Below are positions 14,701 through 23,470 of a stretch of 64,000 nucleotides of DNA, piece after piece. Position 1 is the stretch's first letter; each line of letters opens with the position of its first letter. This DNA comes from Anaeromyxobacter sp. (GTDB lineage: Bacteria; Myxococcota; Myxococcia; Myxococcales; Anaeromyxobacteraceae), in the NCBI GenBank assembly GCA_049840735.1, contig JASGJN010000013.1, forward strand, positions 1 through 64,000, written 5' to 3'. The notes below the pieces were generated by a model that saw only the letters and a list, made by a program, of their open reading frames with translations, did no database searches and was not told the origin of the DNA. Both the position numbers and the translations under genes were made by a program.

Positions 14701-14744
14701 CCGTGATCGGCGCCGTGCCCACCCGGGGCCGTGCCAGGGCGCGG

Positions 14745-14773
14745 AAGCTAACGGTCCGGATCCCCGAAGTCAA
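14745..14773 (-). promoter_or_regulatory. Putative sigma70 promoter for the kamA1-dedA-spoIID-queA run
   Basis: TTGACT-N17-TAGCTT on the minus strand. Confidence 0.55.
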
Positions 14774-14879
14774 ACCGCGCTGGAGCGCCCAGAGACAGAG
14801 GTGTCAGCCGGGCCGCGCGGTGTTAATGATGGCGCGCCGAGCGGGCCCGTGGGCCCGGCGGCCCACGAGGACCGACACC

Positions 14880-16136
14880 ATGGCCAATCTCCCGGGGATG
14901 GGCAGCGAGCAGACGGCGCCGGAGCGGGTGCAGCCGGCGGGCGAGCAGGCGAGCGCGGTGAACGGGACCCACGGCGCCCAGCCCGCGCGCCGCGACGACG
15001 TCCGCCCGGCCGCGCACGTCACGGCGCGGTTCAAGCCCGGCCCGCGGTCCATCTGGAAGGACCTGCCCGACGCGCTCTGGAACGACTGGCACTGGCAGCA
15101 GCGCGAGCGGATCATCCGGCTCGACCAGCTGGAGAAGGTCATCCAGGTCACGCCGGAGGAGCGGCGGGCCGCGCTGGAGACCGAGGCCGAGTTCCACATG
15201 GGCATCACGCCGTACTACGCGGCGCTGATGGACCCCGAGGACCCCACCTGCCCCATCCGCCTGCAGTCGGTCCCGACCATGGGCGAGCTGAACATCCTCG
15301 CCTCCGACCTCGAGGACCCGCTGGCCGAAGAGCGGGACATGCCGGTGCCGGGCATCACGCACCGCTACCCGGACCGCGTGCTCTTCTACACCACGCACAA
15401 CTGCCCGGTGTACTGCCGCCACTGCACGCGCAAGCGGAAGGTCTCCGACCCGACCAGCGCGGCGGCGAAGCGGCAGATCGAGGACTCGCTGGCGTACATC
15501 GCGGCCCACGCCGAGATCCGCGACGTGGTCATCTCCGGCGGCGATCCGCTCTCGCTCTCCGACGACCGGCTCGACTACATCCTGGGCCGGCTGCGCGCCA
15601 TCCCGCACATCGAGATCTTCCGGCTGGGCACGCGCAACCTCGTCACGCTCCCGCAGCGCGTGACCGACGACTTCGTCCACATGCTGCGCAAGCACCACCC
15701 GGTCTACGTCAACACGCACTTCAACCATCCCAAGGAGTGCACGGCCGAGGCCTACGAGGCCGCGCGCCGCCTCTCCGACGCCGGCTGCGTGATCGGCAAC
15801 CAGATGGTGCTGCTCAAGGGCGTGAACGACGACCCGAAGCTGGTCAAGGAGCTGAACCACAAGCTCCTGCTGATGCGGATCCGGCCCTACTACATCTACC
15901 AGTGCGATCTCTCGAAGGGCATCAGCCACTTCCGGACGCCGGTCGAGACGGGCGTCCGGATCATCCGCGAGCTGCGCGGCCACACCTCCGGCCTGGCCGT
16001 GCCGCACTTCGTGGTGGACGCCCCCAGCGGCGGCGGGAAGATCCCCGTGAACCCCGACTACGTGGCCCTGCACGAGGGGAAGCGGTGGGTGTTCAGGAAC
16101 TACGCGGGCAAGGAGTACGAGTACTTCGAGCCTTGA
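14880..16136 (+). CDS. kamA: Lysine 2,3-aminomutase-like radical SAM enzyme (paralogue 2)
   Basis: WNDWHWQ, THRYPDRVL, CPVYCRHC, SGGDPL, RPYYIYQCDL, VVDAPSGGGKIP; ATG 14880 follows GAGG. Confidence 0.9.
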   Translation: MANLPGMGSEQTAPERVQPAGEQASAVNGTHGAQPARRDDVRPAAHVTARFKPGPRSIWKDLPDALWNDWHWQQRERIIRLDQLEKVIQVTPEERRAALETEAEFHMGITPYYAALMDPEDPTCPIRLQSVPTMGELNILASDLEDPLAEERDMPVPGITHRYPDRVLFYTTHNCPVYCRHCTRKRKVSDPTSAAAKRQIEDSLAYIAAHAEIRDVVISGGDPLSLSDDRLDYILGRLRAIPHIEIFRLGTRNLVTLPQRVTDDFVHMLRKHHPVYVNTHFNHPKECTAEAYEAARRLSDAGCVIGNQMVLLKGVNDDPKLVKELNHKLLLMRIRPYYIYQCDLSKGISHFRTPVETGVRIIRELRGHTSGLAVPHFVVDAPSGGGKIPVNPDYVALHEGKRWVFRNYAGKEYEYFEP

Positions 16137-16222
16137 CCGGCGAGCCCGCGAAGCGTCGAGCCCTGGAACCAGGGCGCCGAGCGCCGTGAGCGCCTGCACC
16201 ACCCCATCTCGAGGACACAGCC

Positions 16223-16612
16223 ATGAAGACCCCCATCTCGACCCCCGGCGCCCCCAAGGCCATCGGCCCCTACAGCCAGGCCATCGAAGCGCGCGGCGCC
16301 CGCACGCTCTGGCTCTCCGGGCAGATCCCGCTCGACCCCGCCACCGGCGAGCTGGTGAAGGGGACCATCGAGCAGGAGGCCGAGCGCGTGATGGAGAACC
16401 TCCAGGCCGTGCTCGCCGCCGGCGGCGCCAGCTTCGAGCACGTGGTCCGGACCACCATCTACCTGACCGACCTCTCCGACTTCGCGCGCGTCAACGAGGC
16501 CTATGGGAAGCGCTTCCCGGCCCACCCGCCGGCACGGGCCACGGTGCAGGTGGCGGCGCTGCCGCGCGGCGCCCGCGTCGAGATCGACGCGGTGGCGGTG
16601 CTGGACACCTAG
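16223..16612 (+). CDS. ridA: RidA/YjgF family reactive-intermediate deaminase
   Basis: APKAIGPYSQA, SGQIPLDP, PARATVQVAALP, VEID. Confidence 0.95.
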   Translation: MKTPISTPGAPKAIGPYSQAIEARGARTLWLSGQIPLDPATGELVKGTIEQEAERVMENLQAVLAAGGASFEHVVRTTIYLTDLSDFARVNEAYGKRFPAHPPARATVQVAALPRGARVEIDAVAVLDT

Positions 16613-16676
16613 CGGGCCACGGCGAACCTGTCGCGAAACGCCCGGTGCCGGCCGGCCTTCGACTCCGCCCCGCCTG

Positions 16677-16843
16677 CGGCGGGGCTACGCTCAGGCTGAC
16701 CGGATCCGGGTGAGCCTCGCGCTGGGGCAGCTCGGCGGGGCTACGCTCAGGCTGACCGGATCCGGGTGGGCCTCGCGCTGGGGCAGCTCGGCGGGGCTGC
16801 GCCCAGGCTGATCGGATCCGGGTGGGCCTCGCGCTGGGGCAGC
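16677..16843. repeat. Three tandem 56-bp repeats
   Basis: Unit CGGCGGGGCTACGCTCAGGCTGACCGGATCCGGGTG(A/G)GCCTCGCGCTGGGGCAGCT starts at 16677, 16733 and 16789. Confidence 0.93.
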
Positions 16844-16846
16844 CTG

Positions 16847-19024
16847 CTAGGTCCGCTGCACCGTCTGCACACCCTCGATCCGCTCGATCGACCGGATCAC
16901 GGTGGTGAGCTGCTTGAGGTCACCCACGGTGACCTCGAACTCGTTCACCGCGCGCTCGCCGGGGGTGGTCCGGCAGCTGGCCTGGGAGATGTTGACCCCG
17001 GCCTCGCTGAAGATCTGCGCGATCTTGGCCAGGATGCCCGGCTTGTCGCTGCTGATGACCCGCAGCGAGACCGGCCGCTTGAGGTCACCGCGGACGTCCC
17101 AGGTGACGTCCACGCGCCGCTCCGGGTCGATGCCCAGGATCTTGTCGCAGGAGGCGGTGTGGACCGTCACGCCGCGGCCGCGCGTGATGTAGCCCACGAT
17201 GTTGTCGCCCGGCACCGGGTTGCAGCACTTGCCGTAGCGCACCAGCACGTCGTCGATGCCGTTGATGCGCACGCCCTCGGTCGGGCGCCGCGCCATCTTC
17301 CGGAACAGCTCGGTGATGCGGCTGGTGGGCGCGGGCTCGGTCGGCGGCGGCGCCTCCGCCAGCTTCTCGGCCGGCAGCAGCTGCTGCAGGAGCTGGTTGG
17401 CCGAGACCTTGCCGTAGCCCAGCGCGGCCAGCACGTCCTCGCCCGCGCGGTAGCCGAGCACCTGGGCCGCCCGGTCGAGGTCGCCGGCGCGCTGCGCCTT
17501 GTTGAGCGTCAGGCCGTAGCGGCGCAGCTCGCGCTCCGCCAGCTCGCGCCCGATCTCCACCGAGCGCTGGTGCTCGGCCTGGCGCAGGAAGGCGCGGATC
17601 TTGGCCACCGCGCGGCTGGTGCGCGCGAAGGTGAGCCAGTCCTTGGACGGGTGGGAGTGCGGCGAGGTGAGGATCTCGATGGTGTCGCCGTTCTTCAGCT
17701 TGTAGCGGAGCGGGACCAGCTTCCCGTTCACCTTGGCGCCCACGCAGTGCTCGCCCACCTCGGAGTGGATGGTGTAGGCGAAGTCGACCGGCGTGGCGCC
17801 GCGCGGGAGGCTCTTCACCGCCCCCTTGGGCGTGAAGACGAACACCTCGTCGGAGAAGAGATCGACCTTGACCGTCTCCAGGAACTCGCGGGGATCGGAG
17901 AGGTCGCGCTGCCACTCCACCAGCTGCCGGAGCCAGCCGAACTCCTGCGCGTCCTTCTTCGAGAGCTCCTGCCCCTTCCCGTCGCGCCCCTTCTCCTTGT
18001 AGGCCCAGTGCGCCGCGACGCCCTCCTCGGCGATGCGGTGCATCTCCTTGGTCCGGATCTGCACCTCGATCCGCTCGCCCCGCGGCCCCACCACGGTGGT
18101 GTGGAGCGACTGGTAGAGGTTGGGCTTGGGGATGGCGATGTAGTCCTTGAAGCGGCCCGGCACCGGCTTCCAGAGCGCGTGGACGGCGCCCAGCGTCTCG
18201 TAGCACTGCGCCACCGAGTCGATGATCACCCGGAAGCCGACCACGTCCTGGATCTGCTCGAACTCGACGTCCAGCTCGCGCATCTTCCGCCAGATCGAGT
18301 AGACGTGCTTCACGCGCCCGGACACGTCCGCGGGCACGCCGGCGTCGGCCAGCCGCCTGCGGATGATGTCCACCACCTCCACCACGAACCGCTCCTTCTC
18401 GCGGGCCTCGTTGGCCACCTTGGCGGCGAGCTCGCCGTACTCGGTGGGGCGCAGGTAGCGGAAGGAGAGCTCCTCCAGCTCGGTCTTGATCCACTGGATG
18501 CCGAGCCGGTTGGCCAGGGGGGCGTAGATGTCCAGCGTCTCCCGGGCGATCCGCTCCTGGGACTCCGGCTTCATGGCCTCCAGGGTCCGCATGTTGTGGG
18601 TGCGATCGGCCAGCTTGACCAGCAGGACGCGGATGTCCTTGGCCATCGCCACCACCATCTTGCGGAAGTTCTCGGCCTGCTTCTCCTCCTGGGTGTTGGC
18701 GGCGCTGAACTGGGAGAGCTTGGTGACGCCCTCCACCAGGTCGGCGATCTCCCCGCCGAACAGCTCGATGATCTCCTCGCGCGTGGCGAGGGTGTCCTCG
18801 ATGGTGTCGTGCAGGAGGCCGGTCACCACCGAGGCCTCGTCGAGCTTCAGCTCGGCCAGGATCCCGGCCACCTCGAGCGGGTGGATCAGGTAGGGCTCGC
18901 CGCTCTTGCGGATCTGCCCCTGGTGAACCTTGGCGCTGTAGACGTACGCCTTCTTGATGAGGTCGAGGTCTGGGTCGGGGTGGTACCCGGCCACACGGTC
19001 CAGGATGTCGTTGAGCCTCAGCAA
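16847..19024 (-). CDS. relA: Bifunctional (p)ppGpp synthetase/hydrolase (long RSH)
   Basis: RKSGEPY, LLHDTIED (HD intact), RFKDYIA, YQSLHTT, EVQIRT, TGS domain, CCNPVPGD, C-terminal ACT domain; probable TTG start at 19024. Confidence 0.97.
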   Translation of the reverse strand: MLRLNDILDRVAGYHPDPDLDLIKKAYVYSAKVHQGQIRKSGEPYLIHPLEVAGILAELKLDEASVVTGLLHDTIEDTLATREEIIELFGGEIADLVEGVTKLSQFSAANTQEEKQAENFRKMVVAMAKDIRVLLVKLADRTHNMRTLEAMKPESQERIARETLDIYAPLANRLGIQWIKTELEELSFRYLRPTEYGELAAKVANEAREKERFVVEVVDIIRRRLADAGVPADVSGRVKHVYSIWRKMRELDVEFEQIQDVVGFRVIIDSVAQCYETLGAVHALWKPVPGRFKDYIAIPKPNLYQSLHTTVVGPRGERIEVQIRTKEMHRIAEEGVAAHWAYKEKGRDGKGQELSKKDAQEFGWLRQLVEWQRDLSDPREFLETVKVDLFSDEVFVFTPKGAVKSLPRGATPVDFAYTIHSEVGEHCVGAKVNGKLVPLRYKLKNGDTIEILTSPHSHPSKDWLTFARTSRAVAKIRAFLRQAEHQRSVEIGRELAERELRRYGLTLNKAQRAGDLDRAAQVLGYRAGEDVLAALGYGKVSANQLLQQLLPAEKLAEAPPPTEPAPTSRITELFRKMARRPTEGVRINGIDDVLVRYGKCCNPVPGDNIVGYITRGRGVTVHTASCDKILGIDPERRVDVTWDVRGDLKRPVSLRVISSDKPGILAKIAQIFSEAGVNISQASCRTTPGERAVNEFEVTVGDLKQLTTVIRSIERIEGVQTVQRT

Positions 19025-19261
19025 GACGGTCTTGTCAGCGTAGCGGGTGGGATGCGCGGGCGGCAAGCGACCGCCACACCGACCCCAGGTCCTGATATTG
19101 GTAACGCAACGCGGCAGCCCGTGCCAGGGCCGAGCGCGCGAGGGCGCGAGGTGGGGGCGGCCTCAGCTCGCCAGGGGTACGCCCGCCGGGCCGTGGGAAG
19201 GGCCGCCGGGCTGGTTGAGTGGCGGGGGCGCGCGGGGTAACGTCCCATTCGGAGGGTAGCC

Positions 19262-20476
19262 TTGAAGTGCACGCGGTGTGGCGCAGCGCTCAGCAGCGGG
19301 GTGGAGACCTGCCCAGCCTGCGGGACCGAGGTGGAGCTGGGGCGGTTGACCGGCATCCTCGGGATCGTCTGCCGCAGCTGTGACGCCTACAACGACCCGG
19401 GCGCGCGGTCCTGCGTCGCCTGTGGCAAGCCGCTGGGGCGGACCACGCCGCCGCCGGTGGTGCGCCCGCCCGCGGGCGGGACCGCCGACGCCGCCCCGCC
19501 CGCGCCACCCGCCGCGCCCGCCCCTGCGCCCGAGCCGCCGCCGGCTGCGGCCCCGGCCGCGCCCCCGCCGGCGTCCGACGGTCCCGTGGTCCGCAGCTTC
19601 GCCCGCGGCGCGCCCCCAGCGGCGCGGGTGGTGCCGCCCACAGCGCTGCGGGCGCCGATGCCGCTGGCCCGCTGCCCGCGCTGCGGCGGCGAGCCGGGCG
19701 TGGGCTCCACCTGCGTCTCCTGCGGCCAGGTGCTCGGCTCCAGCGGCACGCAGGTGATGGTCCCGCTGGGCGCCGAGCTGCCCGCGGCCGCGCCGCGCAG
19801 CTACGGGGCCCTCAGCCCCGGCCGCGCCCACCTGGTGCTGGAGCGCGGCGCCGGGGACGAGGGCGCCCACTTCCCGCTGGCCGGCGAGGCCACCCCCATC
19901 GGCCGCGCCGGGCTGGGCCTGTCCTTCCCCGACGACCCGACGCTGGCGCCGCTCCACGCCACCCTGATCTTCCGCGAGGGCGCGCTCCACGTGCGCGACG
20001 AGGGGGCGCCGGGGGGCATCTTCCTCAAGCTGAGGGGCCTCTCCATCCCGCTGCGCCCCGGGGACCAGTTCGTGGTGGGGGACACGCTCCTGCGCCTGGC
20101 CGGGCCGCTGCCGCCCGGCGACGGCCCCACGCCCGACGGGACGCTGCGGCTGGGGGCGCCGCGCGCGCCCGGCGCGGTGGCCATCGAGGAGCTGCTGGAG
20201 GGCGGCGCCGCGGGCCGGGTCTTCGTCCGCACCGGCCCGTCGATCCGGATTGGCCGCGCCGGCTGCAGCGTCAACCTGGGCGACGACCCCTACCTCTCGC
20301 AGGCGCACGCCGAGCTGCAGCTGGACGGCGAGGGCCGGGCGCGCCTGCGCGACCTGGGCTCCTCGAACGGCACCTTCGTGCGCCTCCCCGCCCGCGCCGA
20401 GCGCGCCCTGCGCGACGCCGACGTGCTGCGCATCGGCCGCGAGGCGCTGCGGGTGAAGCTGAACGAGGACGGGTAG
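19262..20476 (+). CDS. Zinc-ribbon + tandem FHA domain protein
   Basis: Several CxxC pairs, Pro-rich linker, IGRAG...LSQAHA...DLGSSNGTF. Confidence 0.88.
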   Translation: MKCTRCGAALSSGVETCPACGTEVELGRLTGILGIVCRSCDAYNDPGARSCVACGKPLGRTTPPPVVRPPAGGTADAAPPAPPAAPAPAPEPPPAAAPAAPPPASDGPVVRSFARGAPPAARVVPPTALRAPMPLARCPRCGGEPGVGSTCVSCGQVLGSSGTQVMVPLGAELPAAAPRSYGALSPGRAHLVLERGAGDEGAHFPLAGEATPIGRAGLGLSFPDDPTLAPLHATLIFREGALHVRDEGAPGGIFLKLRGLSIPLRPGDQFVVGDTLLRLAGPLPPGDGPTPDGTLRLGAPRAPGAVAIEELLEGGAAGRVFVRTGPSIRIGRAGCSVNLGDDPYLSQAHAELQLDGEGRARLRDLGSSNGTFVRLPARAERALRDADVLRIGREALRVKLNEDG

Positions 20477-20482
20477 CCGCCC

Positions 20483-20680
20483 TCAGCGGCCCGGCGCCGC
20501 CTGGGCCGGCGGCGGCGCGGCGCGGTGCTGCGCCTGCCGCTCCGCCGAGGTCCGCTTCACCAGCACGACGACCGAGCCGCCGCCGGCGATCGCCACGACC
20601 ATGGCGCCAACGAAGAACCAGAACGGCCAGCGCCTGCGCCCCTGCGCGCGCCCGGCGCGCGCTCCGGTGGATTCCCTCAT
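20483..20680 (-). CDS. Small single-pass membrane protein (65 aa), hypothetical
   Basis: MRESTG...RRRWPFWFFVGAMVVAIAGGGSVVVLVKR...; fills the intergenic gap; TACAAT lies 6 nt upstream of the ATG. Confidence 0.55.
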   Translation of the reverse strand: MRESTGARAGRAQGRRRWPFWFFVGAMVVAIAGGGSVVVLVKRTSAERQAQHRAAPPPAQAAPGR

Positions 20681-20767
20681 GCCGACATTGTAACCGGGCG
20701 CGTGCGCCGTCCCACGAGCGCGGGAGACGCGTTGACCCGCCACGTCACGCATGGCGAAATGGCGTCG

Positions 20768-21674
20768 ATGGCGAGGCCCGTGAAATGCGACCGCTGCGGC
20801 CGGGAGAACGACCCGCGGTTCACCTTCTGCCTCGACTGCGGCAAGCCCCTGCGGGCCGCCGCCGTCCCTGGCCCGGCCGTCACGCCGGCAGCCGGCGGAA
20901 CCCTCACCTGCGGCAGCTGCGGCACGCCCCTGCAGGCCGGCTTCCGCTTCTGCGCCAACTGCGGCGCCCCGACGACCCCTGGCGCCGGGCTCCCGCCCCC
21001 CGCCGAGCCGTCGCACCCGCCGCCCCCGGCGCCTGCGCCGGCGCCGCGCGGCCACGCGCCGCGGCTGTGCACGCTGCGGGCGGACGGCCAGCCCGGCGCC
21101 GCGTTCGCCCTGGAGCCCGGCGAGACCGTCTGCGGCCGCTCCGAGGGCGCCATCCGGCTGGCCGACGACGGCACCGTGTCGCCGCGCCACGCGCGCTTCC
21201 TGGTCCAGGACGGCCGGGTCACGGTCGAGGACCTGGACAGCCTCAACGGCCTGTTCGTCCGCGTGCGCGGGCCGCGCGAGATCGGCGCCCGGCCAGGAGC
21301 TGCGCATCGGGCGGCAGCGGCTGCGGCTGGAGCCGCTCCTCCGGCCGGCCTCGCAGGAAGGCGGCCGCCCCTGGGGCTCGCCGGATCCGGGCTGGCGGCT
21401 GCGGCTGGTGCAGCTCATGGAGGGCGGCGGCGCGGGCGAGGTCCACCCGCTGCGCGACGGCCCCAACGCGGTGGGGCGCGAGAACGGCGACGTGACCTTC
21501 CCGGGCGACCGCTACGTCTCCGGGCGCCACGCGCGCATCGACGTCTCCGGCGGCACCGCGCTGCTGACCGACGTGGGCAGCTCCAACGGCACCTTCGTGC
21601 GGCTGGACGGGCCCGCCACGCTGGCGTCGGGCGATCAGGTGCTCATCGGCGCCCAGCTGCTGCAGCTCGAGTAG
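20768..21674 (+). CDS. Double zinc-ribbon + tandem FHA domain protein (frameshift near 21290)
   Basis: CDRC..CLDC..CGSC..CANC; CGRSEG...VSPRHA...SLNG and, in the next frame, VGRENG...VSGRHA...SSNGTF. Confidence 0.87.
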
Positions 21675-21755
21675 CCCACCCACGGGCCCGGAAAGGACGA
21701 CGGCCGGGCGACGTGCGCCCGGCCGCGGTCTCGACCCGAAGCTGCGGGGGAGCGG

Positions 21756-22118
21756 CTAGCCGAAGGACTTCTCCTTCTGCTCCTGCTCCTCCTTGCAGCG
21801 GATGCAGAGGGTGGTCACCGGCCGCGCCTCCAGGCGCTTGGCGGAGATCTCCTCCTCGCACTTCTCGCAGATGCCGAAGGTGCCGTTCTCGATCCGAGCC
21901 AGCGCCTTGTCGATCTTGGCGAGGAGGAACTTCTCGCGGTCGCGCAGCCGGAAGATCATCGACTGCGTGTACTCGCTGGACGCGAGGTCGATCTCGTCCG
22001 GGAGGTCGTCCGTGTCGAAGCTGGCCTCCTCGGTCAGGGTCTTCTTCGCCTGCACCAGGAGCTGCCGCTTCGAGTCCTCGAGAATCGTCTTGAACCGCTT
22101 GAGGTCCTTCTTGTTCAA
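21756..22118 (-). CDS. dksA: DksA/TraR C4-type zinc-finger transcription factor
   Basis: PDEIDLA (DxxDxA), RDREKFLLAKI, CEKC...RLEARP...CIRC. Confidence 0.93.
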   Translation of the reverse strand: MNKKDLKRFKTILEDSKRQLLVQAKKTLTEEASFDTDDLPDEIDLASSEYTQSMIFRLRDREKFLLAKIDKALARIENGTFGICEKCEEEISAKRLEARPVTTLCIRCKEEQEQKEKSFG

Positions 22119-22169
22119 GGGCTCTCCCCGCTGGATCCCTGAGCGTGATCCGGGAAAAAGAAGGCCGAG

Positions 22170-22198
22170 AACCTAAACGGCGGCACCCGCCGTGTCAA
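22170..22198 (-). promoter_or_regulatory. Putative sigma70 promoter for dksA
   Basis: TTGACA-N17-TAGGTT on the minus strand. Confidence 0.65.
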
Positions 22199-22386
22199 GG
22201 CGGCCCGGGCCGATCCGTTCGCGGGCGGTGGGTCCGGGTCGCTCATGTGCGCCCTGGCCGCGGGGGGCCGTCCCGCGCGCACCGGGGCCGCTGCGGGCGT
22301 GGTGGTAGGATGGGCTGGCCGCCGGCTCCCGCCGCGCGGCGTGCGTTTCCTTTACTCCCGCCGCCCACCGACGGATCCTTCTCCGC

Positions 22387-23271
22387 ATGCCGGAAGGAAA
22401 GTTCGATCGCGAGTTCCTGCGCGGCGCCCTGGCGCTCATGTCGCGCTCCGAGGTCGATCGGCTCCTCTACGTCTCGGACCACCCGCTCGCGGCCTCCGAG
22501 CTGCGCGGCCGGCCGTCCAAGCGCAAGCTGGTCTACGCCGTGACCAGCGAGGGGCTCTGCAACCAGCTCAAGGCCAAGAAGTACACGGCGGTGATGATCC
22601 CGGCCTACGACTACACCCGCGTCGAGAAGATCAAGGTCGCGGTGGTGGCGGCCCAGTCGGCCGGGCTCCTGCGCAACGGCGACACCGTGCTGGCCATGTG
22701 CGGCCCGGGCGACGACAAGATGATGGACACGCTGGTCAAGGTGACCATCGGCTCGGAGGACCCGGAGGAGAAGCTCCGGGTGGACACGCTGGGCCTGCCG
22801 CCGGAGTTCTCCTCGCAGGTGGTGGAGAGCCTGATCCACACCGCCATGGAGATCGGGGCGGAGGGGTACGAGGGCCACCCGGTCGGCACCATCGTGGTGG
22901 TGGGCGACGCCACGGCCATCATGGAGAAGAGCCGCCAGCTCAACCTGAACCCGTTCCAGGGGATCAGCGAGGCGGACCGCAACGCGCTCGACCCGTCCAT
23001 CCGCGAGGCCATCAAGACCTTCGCCGCGCTGGACGGCGCCTTCGTGATCCGCGAGGACGGCGTGGTGCTGGCCGCCGGCCGCTACCTGCTCACCATGTCC
23101 CGCGACGTGAAGCTGCCCATGGGGCTGGGCGCGCGCCACAGCGCGGCCGCCTCCATCTCGGCCGAGTCCAAGGCCGTGGCCATCACCGTCTCGCAGACCA
23201 CCGGCGCGGTCCGGGTGTTCCGCGAGGGGGAGATCGTCCTGGAGCTGCGGCAGCGGATGCGGCGGGTTTGA
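22387..23271 (+). CDS. Diadenylate cyclase (DisA_N/DAC domain) with soluble N-terminal domain, DacZ-like
   Basis: EGYEGHPVGTI, LDGAFVI, GLGARHSAAASIS, VSQTTGAVRVF; no transmembrane segments. Confidence 0.85.
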   Translation: MPEGKFDREFLRGALALMSRSEVDRLLYVSDHPLAASELRGRPSKRKLVYAVTSEGLCNQLKAKKYTAVMIPAYDYTRVEKIKVAVVAAQSAGLLRNGDTVLAMCGPGDDKMMDTLVKVTIGSEDPEEKLRVDTLGLPPEFSSQVVESLIHTAMEIGAEGYEGHPVGTIVVVGDATAIMEKSRQLNLNPFQGISEADRNALDPSIREAIKTFAALDGAFVIREDGVVLAAGRYLLTMSRDVKLPMGLGARHSAAASISAESKAVAITVSQTTGAVRVFREGEIVLELRQRMRRV

Positions 23272-23298
23272 CCGACCGTTCAGCAACCCAGGGACGCA

Positions 23299-23448
23299 GG
23301 GTGGGGGCCCCAGCGCAGCTGGGGGAGGGGCGCAGCCCCTCGACGGCGGATAGCGCGCAAGGCCGCAGGCCGCAGCGCGCTCGGCTCCGCCGCGGCAGGG
23401 GTGGGGCCCCGACAGCTCTGCTGGCGGGGCGGGGGCTGCAAGCCCCCG
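23299..23448. repeat. Two GGGTGGGGCCCC-headed REP-like palindromic units
   Basis: Units at 23299-23341 and 23398-23448, each with two hairpins; a related head occurs on minus at ~8872-8896. Confidence 0.6.
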
Positions 23449-23470
23449 TACAACCGAGTAGGCTCCGGCC

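Noticed and set aside
13483..16136. EpmB (EF-P beta-lysylation) assignment for either aminomutase
   Set aside because: Both have KamA-type GGGK and Asp motifs and lengths, and neither efp nor epmA is nearby; not fully excluded without a phylogeny.
16677..16843. CRISPR array
   Set aside because: Units are contiguous near-identical 56-mers with no unique spacers, and there are no cas genes.
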